A stretch of DNA of 64,000 nucleotides, taken from positions 128,001 to 192,000 of the forward strand of contig JAXCHI010000004.1 in NCBI GenBank assembly GCA_033977065.1, given 5' to 3'. The DNA is from Candidatus Algichlamydia australiensis. Its GTDB lineage: Bacteria; Chlamydiota; Chlamydiia; Chlamydiales; JAJFMI01. A program made the position numbers and the translations under genes. Shown piece by piece: positions 40,277 through 50,459 of this stretch (positions within the stretch are counted from its first letter, which is position 1; each line of letters starts with the position of its first letter). The notes beneath the pieces are model-generated. The model saw only the letters and a program-made list of their open reading frames with translations. It searched no databases and was not told where the DNA came from.

Positions 40277-42151
40277 ATGATACAAAAAAATTTTCTTAAC
40301 ATTTGCGTAGCCACGATCGCTTTTTCTTTTGCTCTTCGTGCCAATGAAGATCATCTTTGGGAGACGCAACCTTTAGAAAGAGTAGAAGAGCACTCATTTT
40401 CTGAAGAAGCTCCTTCTTTAGATGTAGTTGAAGAAAACTATTCAGTTACACCACTTCCAGAAGTAGTTCCTTCTACAGGCTATGAACCTGCGCAAGAAAA
40501 TATTGCTGCTTCATCATCTGGAACACAACTTCATGAGTGTTTAAAGGGACTTGTTCTTGTAGGCGCCTGTGAAGAGATCTATACACCAGAAGAAGTCTGC
40601 TGTGTCGACTGTTTTGAGACCAAAGGTCTTCTTATTCCAGGAGGAGAGTCGAAGCTGCGCGAGCGTTTGCTGCCTCTTTACATGAACAAAGAGCTTACCC
40701 AAGAGAGTTTGGCAGAAATTAAAAAGACCATTCTTGACTACTTTCATGAGTACTATTATCCACTTGTTGTGATCCAAGTTCCTGAACAAGACATTACTTG
40801 TGGTGTGCTCCAGCTTGTACTCATTGAAGGAAAATTGGGAAATGTTTGTGTTGAAGGAAACCAGTACTTTTCAGATGCACGCTTTCGCAAATATCTCAAT
40901 TTAATGCTTGATGAGACCATTAATGAGCGTGACTTGATTCGTAGCTTGAATTTCATGAATCGCAACCCTTTTAGACGCGTTGATGTGATCTATGCTCCAG
41001 GTACAGAGCCAGGGCAGACAGATGTAACGCTATTTGTCGACGATCGTCGTCCTTTAAGAATTTATTCTGGTGTGGAGAATTCAGGTGTACGTACAACAAA
41101 TCGTCAAAGATGGCTTGCAGGATTTAACTGGGGGGATGCTTTCTGGCTTGACCACGTTTTGGCATACCAGTTTACTTCTTCCTACCAAGTATCAGACTTT
41201 CACAGCCACACAGCCCAGTATATTGCTCCGCTCTCCTGGCAACATATCTTAAACATTTATGGAGGTTACGCACGCGTTGACCCCGATTTAAATAGTGTAG
41301 AAAAGAACACGGGACGAAGCTACCAGGCTTCGGGACGTTATGGAATTCCTCTTCCTCCTACACGCTATCTCTATCACGAGTTCACGTTCGGATATGATTG
41401 GAAACGCACCAATAACGTGATTCAGTTCAATGAATTTGCTGTTACAGGTGTAAATGAGAATACTACAGGTTCTGATCCCGATGCGAACCAAACAGGCGTA
41501 GGACAAAACGTAAACATTTCTCAATTTGTTCTTGGGTACTCAGGTAACTACGAAAAGCCCGACTACCGGGTAGACTTTGGGGTTGATATGTTCATCTCAC
41601 CTGGAAAGATGATGAGTGATCAATCTAAAGAAGATTATGAAACATTGCGACTTGGTGCTGATAATGATTGGGTAATCATCCAAGGTCAGCTCGCCTATCT
41701 AAAGAGGCTTCGTTACGATTTCTCTGTGCTCTTGACAGCATCAGGGCAGTGGACCTATCAAAACCTTCTTCCTTCAGAGCAGTTTGTTCTTGGGGGATAT
41801 GACACAGTTCGTGGGTACGATCAGCGTCAAGAAAACTTTGACAGTGGTTACCTTTTCAATGGGGAGATTCGCACACCTGCAATGCGCATACTGAAATACA
41901 TGAATGAGAGCTGGACAACTCCGGATGGACTCCAGTTCTTAGTCTTCCTTGATTATGGCCGTGGATGGGATCATACTGCTGTTCCCGGTACGCCAAAATC
42001 AGAGTGGTTGATGGGTGCAGGTCCCGGTGTTCGCTACACAATCGTGCCATACTTTACGGCAAGATGTGATCTAGGATTTAAATTACACAATAATGATTTT
42101 TTCACTGGAGGGTCACCTGAGGTGCACTTCTCTGTAATTGCGAGCTTCTAA
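40277..42151 (+). CDS. ShlB/FhaC/HecB (TpsB) outer-membrane transporter
   Basis: POTRA VPEQDI..GVL.LVLIEG; LLPSEQFVLGGYDTVRGYD motif; terminal Phe. Confidence 0.9.
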   Translation: MIQKNFLNICVATIAFSFALRANEDHLWETQPLERVEEHSFSEEAPSLDVVEENYSVTPLPEVVPSTGYEPAQENIAASSSGTQLHECLKGLVLVGACEEIYTPEEVCCVDCFETKGLLIPGGESKLRERLLPLYMNKELTQESLAEIKKTILDYFHEYYYPLVVIQVPEQDITCGVLQLVLIEGKLGNVCVEGNQYFSDARFRKYLNLMLDETINERDLIRSLNFMNRNPFRRVDVIYAPGTEPGQTDVTLFVDDRRPLRIYSGVENSGVRTTNRQRWLAGFNWGDAFWLDHVLAYQFTSSYQVSDFHSHTAQYIAPLSWQHILNIYGGYARVDPDLNSVEKNTGRSYQASGRYGIPLPPTRYLYHEFTFGYDWKRTNNVIQFNEFAVTGVNENTTGSDPDANQTGVGQNVNISQFVLGYSGNYEKPDYRVDFGVDMFISPGKMMSDQSKEDYETLRLGADNDWVIIQGQLAYLKRLRYDFSVLLTASGQWTYQNLLPSEQFVLGGYDTVRGYDQRQENFDSGYLFNGEIRTPAMRILKYMNESWTTPDGLQFLVFLDYGRGWDHTAVPGTPKSEWLMGAGPGVRYTIVPYFTARCDLGFKLHNNDFFTGGSPEVHFSVIASF

Positions 42152-42684
42152 TGGAGAGAAACCACCCTTGGCGCATGCGCTTTATCGTCGGCTTAACCAT
42201 GATCATTCTCTCGCTTGTAGGGTTGATCTCATCAACCCTGCGTCAAGATGGCGCCTGGAATTACTGGCGCATCATGGTGCCAATCTACGCAGGGATGTGC
42301 ATCTTTCTTAGCTGGTATCTGCGCAGCAAGTCGGAGAGTCTTTCTGTTGTCAAAATTTGGCATGAGATTCTTCACTGGGCGGGACTCCTTCTCTCTGTTT
42401 ACCTCGTCTCTCTTTTCGTTGAACAGGGGTTGATTGAGCGTTTTGGAGGGAGCTTAGCTGTTCTTACGCTTCTCGCATTTGCGCTCTTTACTGCAGGTAT
42501 CTACATTGAAATATCCTTTATGCTTATCGGGGGTCTTCTAGGACTCTTCTCTGTTGGTGCAGGAGTTATCGCAGAATATCTCTACACAATTATTGTACCT
42601 TTGGGGATCATTGCAATTGTTGTCTTATATTTTATTGTTCGTCGCAAGAAAAGCAAGCCTGAAGATACAAACCCGCATGAATAG
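42151..42684 (+). CDS. Hypothetical integral membrane protein
   Basis: ~6 TM segments, ILHWAG motif. Confidence 0.75.
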   Translation: MERNHPWRMRFIVGLTMIILSLVGLISSTLRQDGAWNYWRIMVPIYAGMCIFLSWYLRSKSESLSVVKIWHEILHWAGLLLSVYLVSLFVEQGLIERFGGSLAVLTLLAFALFTAGIYIEISFMLIGGLLGLFSVGAGVIAEYLYTIIVPLGIIAIVVLYFIVRRKKSKPEDTNPHE

Positions 42685-42694
42685 TGAGATAGTC

Positions 42695-43462
42695 TCAGAC
42701 ATAGCGATAGAGCAGTTCTTGATTTTTTTTGGGTCCAATAACGCGCCAGTGGAAGATCATCTCTTCAAGACTCCAGGACAAAGAACCAAGGTAGGTGTCC
42801 TCTCCACATAAATGTGCGTCCACCGACTCCAATTTTCCAGCTCGTACCGGTGAAAGGTGAAAGAGAAAAGTTGGTCTGTTTTCTCCATAACGGAGATGCT
42901 CTAAAGTAATAAGAGTGTTTTTTAAATCGAGAGTCCAGCGAAAAGAGTTATGAAAATTAGCTGGTGGATTCAGCCATTTTCCACTCTCTCTAAAGATAAG
43001 TGTATGGCTCTTTGACAGGGTTGAGGTGACTTCAGCTCTGCCATCCTTAAATCGGCTTTCTCCCCTAGACCTTACAGAAAGAGAGAGCGTCTCTACCTTA
43101 AGAAGTCTTTCCCAAAAGCGCTTAAGTTCTTTTTTAAAGTTGGGCTTTTTTTCTGACTGTTCAATTGCAAAGAAGTGGTAGAGCTTTTTTTCTTGCGTTG
43201 GAAGGGAAGTATATAACTTTTTCAAAAGATTTTCTATTTCCCACCGGATAGGCGAGTCTGGATTGAAATAGTAAAGACGTTTTTTTCCTTCAAATTTGCT
43301 TTTAATCACTCCACAATTTTCTAATCGCTTTAATGCATTTTGTATGGGGGATAGGGGAGTAGAAAAAAGTGTTTGAAGTTGGCTTCCGTAACACGTCTTG
43401 TTTACAAAAAGAAATAGCAATACTCGCTCAATATTTGTATTTGCGAAAAGCTCTCCAAGCAT
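42695..43462 (-). CDS. Winged-HTH regulator fused to DUF6314-like beta domain
   Basis: N-terminus paralogous to 56741-57088; C-terminal ESGKW...NSFRW and HLCGEDTY...W.V.GPKKN motifs. Confidence 0.75.
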   Translation of the reverse strand: MLGELFANTNIERVLLFLFVNKTCYGSQLQTLFSTPLSPIQNALKRLENCGVIKSKFEGKKRLYYFNPDSPIRWEIENLLKKLYTSLPTQEKKLYHFFAIEQSEKKPNFKKELKRFWERLLKVETLSLSVRSRGESRFKDGRAEVTSTLSKSHTLIFRESGKWLNPPANFHNSFRWTLDLKNTLITLEHLRYGENRPTFLFHLSPVRAGKLESVDAHLCGEDTYLGSLSWSLEEMIFHWRVIGPKKNQELLYRYV

Positions 43463-43468
43463 AAAATC

Positions 43469-43536
43469 ACCTAAAGTTTAGTCTGATTTTAACCTAAAAT
43501 GTGACTATTTTTCAATATATTACCTAATATTTAGGT
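43469..43536. promoter_or_regulatory. Candidate operator sites ACCTAA-N3-TTAGGT
   Basis: Perfect-arm site at 43522-43536, near-copies at 43469 and 43492, upstream of the wHTH gene. Confidence 0.5.
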
Positions 43537-43612
43537 TTCAAATGATTGGAGAATTTTGTCTTTTCAACATCTTCTAGTGAAAATAAGAATCAATATTAGC
43601 TTAGGAGTTTTT

Positions 43613-44140
43613 ATGGAAAAAGTGACAACGGATCTGTCCGAAAATTTAATGGAGGCGTTAAAAATTGTTCTTGCATCGGTATTTATCGCGCTCTTTGCTC
43701 AAATAAAAATACCAATTCCTTTTTCAATTGTTCCGTTTACTGGTGGCGCGTTTGCAGTACTACTTGTTGGGGGGATTCTTGGAAAGGAGAGAGGCGCTTT
43801 AGCTGTCATGCTTTATTTATTTGAAGGCGCGATTGGGTTTCCTGTTTTTGCGGGAGGTAGTAGTGGAATTTCTGTATTAATCGGGCCACATGTTGGCTAT
43901 CTGCTCTCTTACCCGCTTGAAGCCTTTCTATTTGGCTGGGCACTTGAAAAACGAAGTCGATTCCTATTTGCTTTCTTGGCACCAATCGTGAATTTGGTTT
44001 TTGGCACGCTCGGATTAATGCTTTTCATGGGGACGAAGATGGCTCTTGCTATGGGCTTTTATCCATTTATTATGATTGATATTGCAAAAGCTCTATTTGC
44101 TTTTACACTTATGACAAGGAGGATTCGTGCTAACGGTTAA
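43613..44140 (+). CDS. bioY: Biotin transporter BioY
   Basis: AQIKIPIPFSIVPFT, YL.EGAIG.PVFAGG, GP..GYL; AGGAG RBS before 43613. Confidence 0.92.
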   Translation: MEKVTTDLSENLMEALKIVLASVFIALFAQIKIPIPFSIVPFTGGAFAVLLVGGILGKERGALAVMLYLFEGAIGFPVFAGGSSGISVLIGPHVGYLLSYPLEAFLFGWALEKRSRFLFAFLAPIVNLVFGTLGLMLFMGTKMALAMGFYPFIMIDIAKALFAFTLMTRRIRANG

Positions 44141-45318
44141 ATGTGAATTTCCTCTCATTATGAAAATGCAGTTTCCCGGAATAACTGTTCGAATTGATAA
44201 AAAGACAACTTTTAAAGAACTACAAGATCGCGTTTTTGCAGAGACTTGGAATGAGTCTCGACGCTTCTGTCCGCATATGCCAAATCATGGTGAGCCGAGC
44301 CAGATTTCTTTTTTTGATTTGAGGAATGAGGTGGAGAATATGGAGAAAATTTGGGAGAGGGAAAAAGAGGGAATTGTAGAGCTTAATGTTCGATTTCGTA
44401 AGTCGATGGATGAGCAGGATAAAAATATTCTTATTTTCGGTGGTTATGGGGCGGATGAGTATTGTGTGGAGCAAACATTTTACATTTTCCAATCCCTATT
44501 TGGATCAAAATATGGGGTAGTTATTGTTGAGGAAAAATATTTTGATGAGGATTTCTGGGAAGAGAAAACGGTGATGATTGTGATGCCAGGAGGCGAAGAT
44601 TGCAAGTATCTTGAAACCTTACAAGGTGAAAGAAATCGTCGGATTCAGAACTTTGTCTTAGGAGGAGGCAAGTACTTAGGTTTTTGTGCAGCAGCTTACT
44701 ATGCAGGAAAGAGTATCATTTATGGTCCAGGTACTCCTGATGAAGTGATTGCAGATCGCCCACTTGCATTTTTTCCTGGCACAGTGACAGGGCCGCATTT
44801 AGCTCCTTATAATGACGAGACGAAAAGCGGTGCAAGAGCGACGGTGATTCGGTTTCATGATATCTCCTTGCCTCTCTATTATCATGGAGGATGCTCATTT
44901 CCTCAGCATCACTCTGTTGAAGTAATCGCCACTTATTCAACAGGGGAAGCGGCGATAGTGCAAGGAAGAGCGGGGGAGGGTAAGTACTTGCTTTCAGGTG
45001 TGCACCCCGAAATTAGATAGCGTCGTCAAAAGCATACAACCATCTTATTTTTCATGTTTGGGCTCCATTTTTGTGCTCAAATGAAGCGGAATTTACAAAT
45101 TCAGCTTCAATTTCCGCACAAAAATAAGCTGCAAACATGAAAAATAATCTGATTATAGCCTTTTGACGACACTATCTAATCCTTACTCTCTTGATGAAAA
45201 GAATTTCCCCAATTTAGAGCCCATTAAAGCTTCGTTGGTGGAAGCGAATAAGGAAAGGTTGACTCTTTTCAAAGAGCTAGTAGGCGGGTTTTTAGAAGAA
45301 GAGGTTACAACAGAGTGA
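44127..45318 (+). pseudogene. BPL_N (biotin-protein ligase N-terminal, GATase-like) gene interrupted near its 3' end by a MITE
   Basis: VMPGG, GGKYLGFCAAAYYA, SGVHPE motifs; removing the 163-bp insert restores HPEINPYSLDEK...EEEVTTE* ending 45318. Confidence 0.8.
45016..45176. mobile_element. 161-bp fold-back MITE-like element, family B, with TA target duplication
   Basis: TIR GATAGCGTCGTCAAAA / TTTTGACGACACTATC; TA at 45014-15 and 45177-78; nearly the whole element self-pairs. Confidence 0.9.
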
Positions 45319-45931
45319 CAGTGCTCATTGGGGTGTTGGGACCGCGATTGCCTTTATACTTGACCATGTGGCCTGTTTCGGTGTCAAACCAGGCGTAGGC
45401 GGTCCAGAAGAGAGCTTTGGGTCCTTGAAGAGTAATTTTTACTTTTTGCGCGCGGTAGGTCTCCTTCCCGGTTTTGATCAGCTCAATATGCTGCTTTTTA
45501 GCGATCATTCTGTTGAGAGAGAGGTCGCTCGGATTAATAATGCAAAATCTAAAGGAGCCTAATCCCGACCTAACAAAAGGGCGCAGGCCAAAATTAAATT
45601 CCTGAATCCAGTTGCAATTGCCGATGTTATACTCTTTCAGGGATTCGTTTTCACCGGAAACACGTTTTACTTTTAAGATTTTCCCCTCTCTGTAACACTC
45701 ATACTGCTCATCTTTATCATGCTTGGATGAGAGGTAGGTAACATGACTCATGATGTAGTCGGGGTCACATACAAGTTTAAAATTGGTTTTAGGGCTTTTC
45801 CCCTCCAATGTCAGTGAGCTCTCTTCTTTTTGTGTGAACCACTCTGTTTTGACACTGATTCCCTTAATCTCCTCATTGTAGGAGAGCTCTGGCAAGCTAG
45901 CACAGAGCAGTGATAAAGCAATTATGTACAT
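45305..45931 (-). CDS. Hypothetical exported protein
   Basis: Signal-like N-terminus, beta-rich body; last gene of the EamA-tdk operon. Confidence 0.65.
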   Translation of the reverse strand: MYIIALSLLCASLPELSYNEEIKGISVKTEWFTQKEESSLTLEGKSPKTNFKLVCDPDYIMSHVTYLSSKHDKDEQYECYREGKILKVKRVSGENESLKEYNIGNCNWIQEFNFGLRPFVRSGLGSFRFCIINPSDLSLNRMIAKKQHIELIKTGKETYRAQKVKITLQGPKALFWTAYAWFDTETGHMVKYKGNRGPNTPMSTVTLL

Positions 45932-46521
45932 ACTCCCTCTTTCGCAGCCTCTACGGCATTGCGAATCAGTTTTCGATAGCAGGGATAGCAGGCAGGATGA
46001 TATTTTTCCTCTGCACCCAATTCAACAGTGGGGCCCTCAACAACGGGCTTACCATTGACATATTTTAAATTCATAACAGCTTTGCGATTACAGTAAAAGC
46101 ATGTAGATTTAACCTCCTCAATCGAGTCAGAGAGTTCCATCAAGCGTTTTGCTCCAGGAAAGAGGTTTCCTCTAAAGTCAGTGCGCAAGCCGTAACAGAT
46201 TACGGGGACATCTTTGTCGATAGAAAGAATGCGCAATTTTTCAATGATGTCTGGTAAGAGGAACTGCGCTTCATCAACAAGGATGCAGCTAATATCATCT
46301 AAATCAAGCTGTTGGAAATCAGTGTGATCATCAACGAGAAGGTCCGCTTCGGCTTGAAGGCCAGCACGCGATTTAATTATCGGCTTGCCAAAACGCGTAT
46401 CAAGGGCAGGTTTTAGTCGGATTACTCGCTTGCCTTGCTGCTCATAGTTGTGAGCTACTGCAAGCAAGTTTAATGTTTTTGCGCTGCCAACTGCGCCATA
46501 TCGAAAATAGAGTTTAGCCAT
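45922..46521 (-). CDS. tdk: Thymidine kinase
   Basis: LYFRYGAVGSAKT, LVDEAQFL, YGLRTDFRG.LF, C..C Zn motifs. Confidence 0.94.
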   Translation of the reverse strand: MAKLYFRYGAVGSAKTLNLLAVAHNYEQQGKRVIRLKPALDTRFGKPIIKSRAGLQAEADLLVDDHTDFQQLDLDDISCILVDEAQFLLPDIIEKLRILSIDKDVPVICYGLRTDFRGNLFPGAKRLMELSDSIEEVKSTCFYCNRKAVMNLKYVNGKPVVEGPTVELGAEEKYHPACYPCYRKLIRNAVEAAKEGVCT

Positions 46522-46522
46522 A

Positions 46523-47440
46523 TTAACCTCCGAAAATCATGTGCCATTGAACTGAACCCAAGATCAATCCACCTACAGAAAGATATTGAGGTAACCATTG
46601 AATTTTTTCTTTGAAAAAATAGATTCCAAAGAGATTACAAATCTCAATCACTGCAATAGAGAAAAGGGGAAATAGAATCGCGTTTTGCCAAGAGAATGCA
46701 GCGCTCACAGCATAGAGCATAAAAAACATGGATGAGCCGTTTGCAATTCCTCCTAAGATACCATAAACAAGTGTCTCTTTGGAAAATTTCATACCCTCTT
46801 TTTTTGTTGTAACAAACTGGAAAAGAGCGGCAGACAAAAAGATAAACGGCATGAGCCAGTTCCCCTTGTGAGGATCAATTGAGAAGGGGAGCATAAAGGA
46901 ACTTCCTCCATTGGTCTCAAGGAGAACCTTCCACTGTGTTCCTGCAGAGAAAATGACATACGAACAGGAGGCAAGTGCGATGAAAAAGATCCAACGCATC
47001 TTATTTTTGCAGCTAATATCGCGCCAAGAGCTCCAAAAAATTCCTGCAATGACAAGAAGAGAGCCCAGACCATTGAACCAGCGATAGGGATGGCCAAGTG
47101 ACGCTCCAAAAAGAAGGGCCATTAAAACAGCCGGCAAGATTGAAGAAGAATTCAATGTTGCAAAACTTAAAGCAGAAGATCCTGATTTCAAAGCTTCGCC
47201 CAAGCCCCACATCATCAGTCCTAGAAGAAGTCCGAGTCCAACTCCTACAAGAGCAACTTTTGGGTCAAAAGCGTAGTTCCCACTTCTTACGGGATTGAGC
47301 AAAATTGCGATCAAGCAGGAGATGAGCAGTTGAGAGAAGACATAAAAACCTGTCGAGCCTTTTGTGTCGACACTTCTTCGCATAAACAGATTCTGCATAG
47401 CGGCAAAGAGCGCCGACATTAAAATTAGATATAGAGCCAT
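46523..47440 (-). CDS. DMT/EamA superfamily transporter
   Basis: ~10 TM in two repeats, IYFFKEK motif. Confidence 0.75.
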   Translation of the reverse strand: MALYLILMSALFAAMQNLFMRRSVDTKGSTGFYVFSQLLISCLIAILLNPVRSGNYAFDPKVALVGVGLGLLLGLMMWGLGEALKSGSSALSFATLNSSSILPAVLMALLFGASLGHPYRWFNGLGSLLVIAGIFWSSWRDISCKNKMRWIFFIALASCSYVIFSAGTQWKVLLETNGGSSFMLPFSIDPHKGNWLMPFIFLSAALFQFVTTKKEGMKFSKETLVYGILGGIANGSSMFFMLYAVSAAFSWQNAILFPLFSIAVIEICNLFGIYFFKEKIQWLPQYLSVGGLILGSVQWHMIFGG

Positions 47441-47520
47441 ACTATTTACCCTTTTCGGACCACTCTATCCCGATGTAGATTTTGCTTGCAAGCAGTGAAT
47501 GAAATGCTTATGTGTAAATT

Positions 47521-48102
47521 ATGGGAAAAATATTTATGAGGGGGCTCATTGCAATTGCCCCGATCGCAATTACAATTGCTGTTTTAATTTGGCTCTTGGG
47601 TTTTTTAGAAGACTTAGTGAGCGTTCCAATGAAAGATCTGATGGGAGAGTACTACTTTCCAGGTCTTGGCATCCTTGCTGCTCTGATCTTGATCTTCTTT
47701 GTAGGCCTGATTATCAATAACTTTCTTATTCAGAAGATCTATAGCTGGGGAGAAAATTTGATGACACGCATCCCTCTTGTCAAAACTCTCTATGGTGCTG
47801 TCACGGATATGATGAGCTTTTTTAACTCAAAAGATAAGAAAGAGGGAAGAGTTGTTGCTTTGGAGTGGCAAGGCTGTCGCATGTTAGGACTTGTGACTCG
47901 CGAGAACTTTGAAGGGCTTCCTCAAGAAGTGGGAAGCGGGGATGAGGTAGCCGTTTATATCCCTCTGAGCTACCAAATTGGCGGCTTTACGATCATGATG
48001 CCAAAGAGCATGTTGAAACCTGTGCCCATCTCTGTTGAAGAGGGAATGCGGTTTGTTGTAACTGCAGGAGCGCCGGGGAAAAATGCCGTACCAAAAAAAT
48101 AG
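47521..48102 (+). CDS. DUF502 family protein
   Basis: RIPLVKTLY, VAVYIP, SVEEGMRFVVTAG. Confidence 0.88.
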   Translation: MGKIFMRGLIAIAPIAITIAVLIWLLGFLEDLVSVPMKDLMGEYYFPGLGILAALILIFFVGLIINNFLIQKIYSWGENLMTRIPLVKTLYGAVTDMMSFFNSKDKKEGRVVALEWQGCRMLGLVTRENFEGLPQEVGSGDEVAVYIPLSYQIGGFTIMMPKSMLKPVPISVEEGMRFVVTAGAPGKNAVPKK

Positions 48103-48283
48103 TGACCTACCCGACTCGGTCCGCCACGTACTTCCTGCTAAGGCACAAGAGATTTATCGCAAAGCCTTCAACAACGCGTGGAAGCAGTATGACGGCGATG
48201 AGGAGCTCACCCATAAAGTTGCCTGGTCTGCGGTGAAAAAGAGCTATCAGAAAAATGCGTTAGGCGCTTGGGTGCAAAAATGA
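48083..48283 (+). CDS. chaB: ChaB family protein
   Basis: MPY....LP.SVRHVLP..AQEIYRKAFNNAW and HKVAWSAVKK.Y.K. Confidence 0.93.
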   Translation: MPYQKNSDLPDSVRHVLPAKAQEIYRKAFNNAWKQYDGDEELTHKVAWSAVKKSYQKNALGAWVQK

Positions 48284-48955
48284 CGCAATCAAAGAGATCA
48301 GTTTTTGCGGCTGCTCGATTGGAGCAAGGTGTCCACACTCTTCAATGATTTCAAGCTTGGCATCTTTAATTCCATCGCGCAACGCTTCTTGCTCGGAAAG
48401 GGGAAAGAGTTCATCTTGCCTCCCATGAATGATCATTGTCGGGCTAAGAATTTTATCAAGCAAACTTTTTGTAGAATAATCCTTTAAAATTGCCGTTAGT
48501 TGCCTGACATAAACCTCTTCTGGTTGCCGAAATTGACAATACTTGAGCAGCTCCAGAAACTTGGGATCTTCAAGTTTTGGGGGATAGATCATCTTCGGTC
48601 TTTGTGCCAAGACCACATCATTGAGATGGCCCGCTTTGATTGCAGGAATAGCAAGCTCAAGAAGCCTCTTATTCTCTTCTTTCACTCCGGTCCAAGAGCT
48701 AAGCAGGATCAATTTTTCGACGCGCTCAGGCGCCTCTGCTGCAACCTCTTGCGCAACCCATCCGCCCATCGAATGGCCCAGAAGGAAGAATTTTTCCGGA
48801 GCATTTTTTAAAACGAACTCTGCCATCTCATGGCGGTTCTCTTGATCATCCAAAACAAGAATTTGCGGATCAAAAGCTTGCTTTAACTTAGCAATTGGCG
48901 CAGAAAAAAAACTCCCATCGCCCCCAGCCCCTGGAAGAATAATGAGCTTGCTCAT
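48260..48955 (-). CDS. Alpha/beta hydrolase
   Basis: GHSMGG nucleophile elbow, HGRQD, CGHL. Confidence 0.9.
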   Translation of the reverse strand: MSKLIILPGAGGDGSFFSAPIAKLKQAFDPQILVLDDQENRHEMAEFVLKNAPEKFFLLGHSMGGWVAQEVAAEAPERVEKLILLSSWTGVKEENKRLLELAIPAIKAGHLNDVVLAQRPKMIYPPKLEDPKFLELLKYCQFRQPEEVYVRQLTAILKDYSTKSLLDKILSPTMIIHGRQDELFPLSEQEALRDGIKDAKLEIIEECGHLAPIEQPQKLISLIASFLHPSA

Positions 48956-50220
48956 CTTTTTTTGGGATGCGATTTTTTGTAGGGACGATCATCTAAAAAG
49001 AGGGTAAGGACAATTGTTGCAATGAGCATGATAGGCAAGATAGCCAAAGCGATGCGAAAGTCATGAACGGTATAGTCTGGTACGCCTCCTACCATTTTTC
49101 CATTCCAAGTAGAGTCTAGAAGATATCCGATCAAGGGAGCTAAAAACGTCCCACCAGCAGCAACTAAAAAGTTTGTAAAAGCAGCAGCTGTTCCTTTTGC
49201 CTCTTCCGGATTGATCTCAATCGAGATAGGAAATGTGAGAATTTGTGCAGAGGAGAAGATCCCAACAAAGAAAAAAGTTGTGTAGAGCAGCCAGATTGGC
49301 ATTGGTGGAAGATAAATAATAGCAAGAAGAGTAAGAAGCGCTAAGAAAGCGGAAGCGATAATAAACAGACGGCGGTTGTGGATGCGATCGGAAAAGTATC
49401 CCAAGATCGGTCCCCCAAAAAGCCATCCTACAAAGTTCATCGAGACAATTGTGGCAGCTAAAACCTTACTAATCCCATAAGCTTGCACGATGAAAGGAAT
49501 GCCCCAAAGGCCAGCAAAGGCACTCATTGTCGCATAAAAAGTAAGACTCATAATTCCATTGATCCAACTATGTTTGTTGCGAGCAATCAACTTAAAATTA
49601 TCAAACACAGCCTTTAATGAGGTCGCTTTTGGCTCATGATGGCCCGCCTTACTCTCACCACGGACACCTAAGAAAATAATAGCGGTTCCAATCAAGCCGA
49701 TAATGGCAAGGACAAACATCGATTGACGCCACCCAAATTCGTTTACGAGAATACTTAAGAGATCTTCGCCAGCGATTGCTCCAATCATTCCAAAAGAGTT
49801 TCCAAGTCCCACAAGCAGAGCTAAAAGCGCAGGAGCAAACCAGTGGGAACTCACATAGACAATTCCCACAAAGGCAAACGAGGAACCAAGACCAATTAAG
49901 AGTCGTCCTACCCCTGCATAAACTAGATTTGGAGCAAGAGCAAAGAGCAGAGAGCCCAAGCCACAAGTTAAAGCAGCAAAAGAGAGAAGACGCCGTGCAC
50001 CGTAGCGATCCATCAACATCCCAACAGGAATTTGCATAGGGGAGTAGGCGTAAAAATAGATCGCAGTTAAGACCCCAATGGCACCCGCATTTACTTGGAA
50101 AGTAGCCATCAGCTCCTTAACCATTACACTGGGAGAGACACGAAGAAAGTATTCATATAAATAGAAGAATGAAGCGCAAGACCAGACAAAAATGCCCATC
50201 CACGTAAAACGTTTTGCCAT
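48952..50220 (-). CDS. MFS transporter (Pht-like)
   Basis: FYLYEYFLRVSPSVM, GMLMDRYGARR, FAGLWG; 12 TM. Confidence 0.9.
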   Translation of the reverse strand: MAKRFTWMGIFVWSCASFFYLYEYFLRVSPSVMVKELMATFQVNAGAIGVLTAIYFYAYSPMQIPVGMLMDRYGARRLLSFAALTCGLGSLLFALAPNLVYAGVGRLLIGLGSSFAFVGIVYVSSHWFAPALLALLVGLGNSFGMIGAIAGEDLLSILVNEFGWRQSMFVLAIIGLIGTAIIFLGVRGESKAGHHEPKATSLKAVFDNFKLIARNKHSWINGIMSLTFYATMSAFAGLWGIPFIVQAYGISKVLAATIVSMNFVGWLFGGPILGYFSDRIHNRRLFIIASAFLALLTLLAIIYLPPMPIWLLYTTFFFVGIFSSAQILTFPISIEINPEEAKGTAAAFTNFLVAAGGTFLAPLIGYLLDSTWNGKMVGGVPDYTVHDFRIALAILPIMLIATIVLTLFLDDRPYKKSHPKKR

Positions 50221-50233
50221 AAAAATTCCTTTT

Positions 50234-50394
50234 GGAGACACTGAACAACTCATTATTTCCAATAAGGACCTGAAAATTGGCCAAAATTAATTTTTCAAAC
50301 TCACTAACTCTTAAAGAGTTAGTTCCGTTTTCCAAAATTGATTTTGTCACAATTTTGAGGCCCTTTTTGAAAAGAGTAGTTATTCAGTATCTCC
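50234..50394 (+). mobile_element. 161-bp MITE-like element, family A, copy 2
   Basis: GGAGACACTGAACAAC ... GTTATTCAGTATCTCC; TTT on both flanks; colinear with 31429-31589. Confidence 0.85.
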
Positions 50395-50459
50395 TTTTTC
50401 TCCCTTCTATATCAAAAAATAAATTGAAACAAAAGGCCTTTGTAGCTTTTATAACGGGT

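Noticed and set aside
50277..50459. N-terminal extension of licD
   Set aside because: Largely MITE copy 2 sequence; ATG 50460 is more plausible
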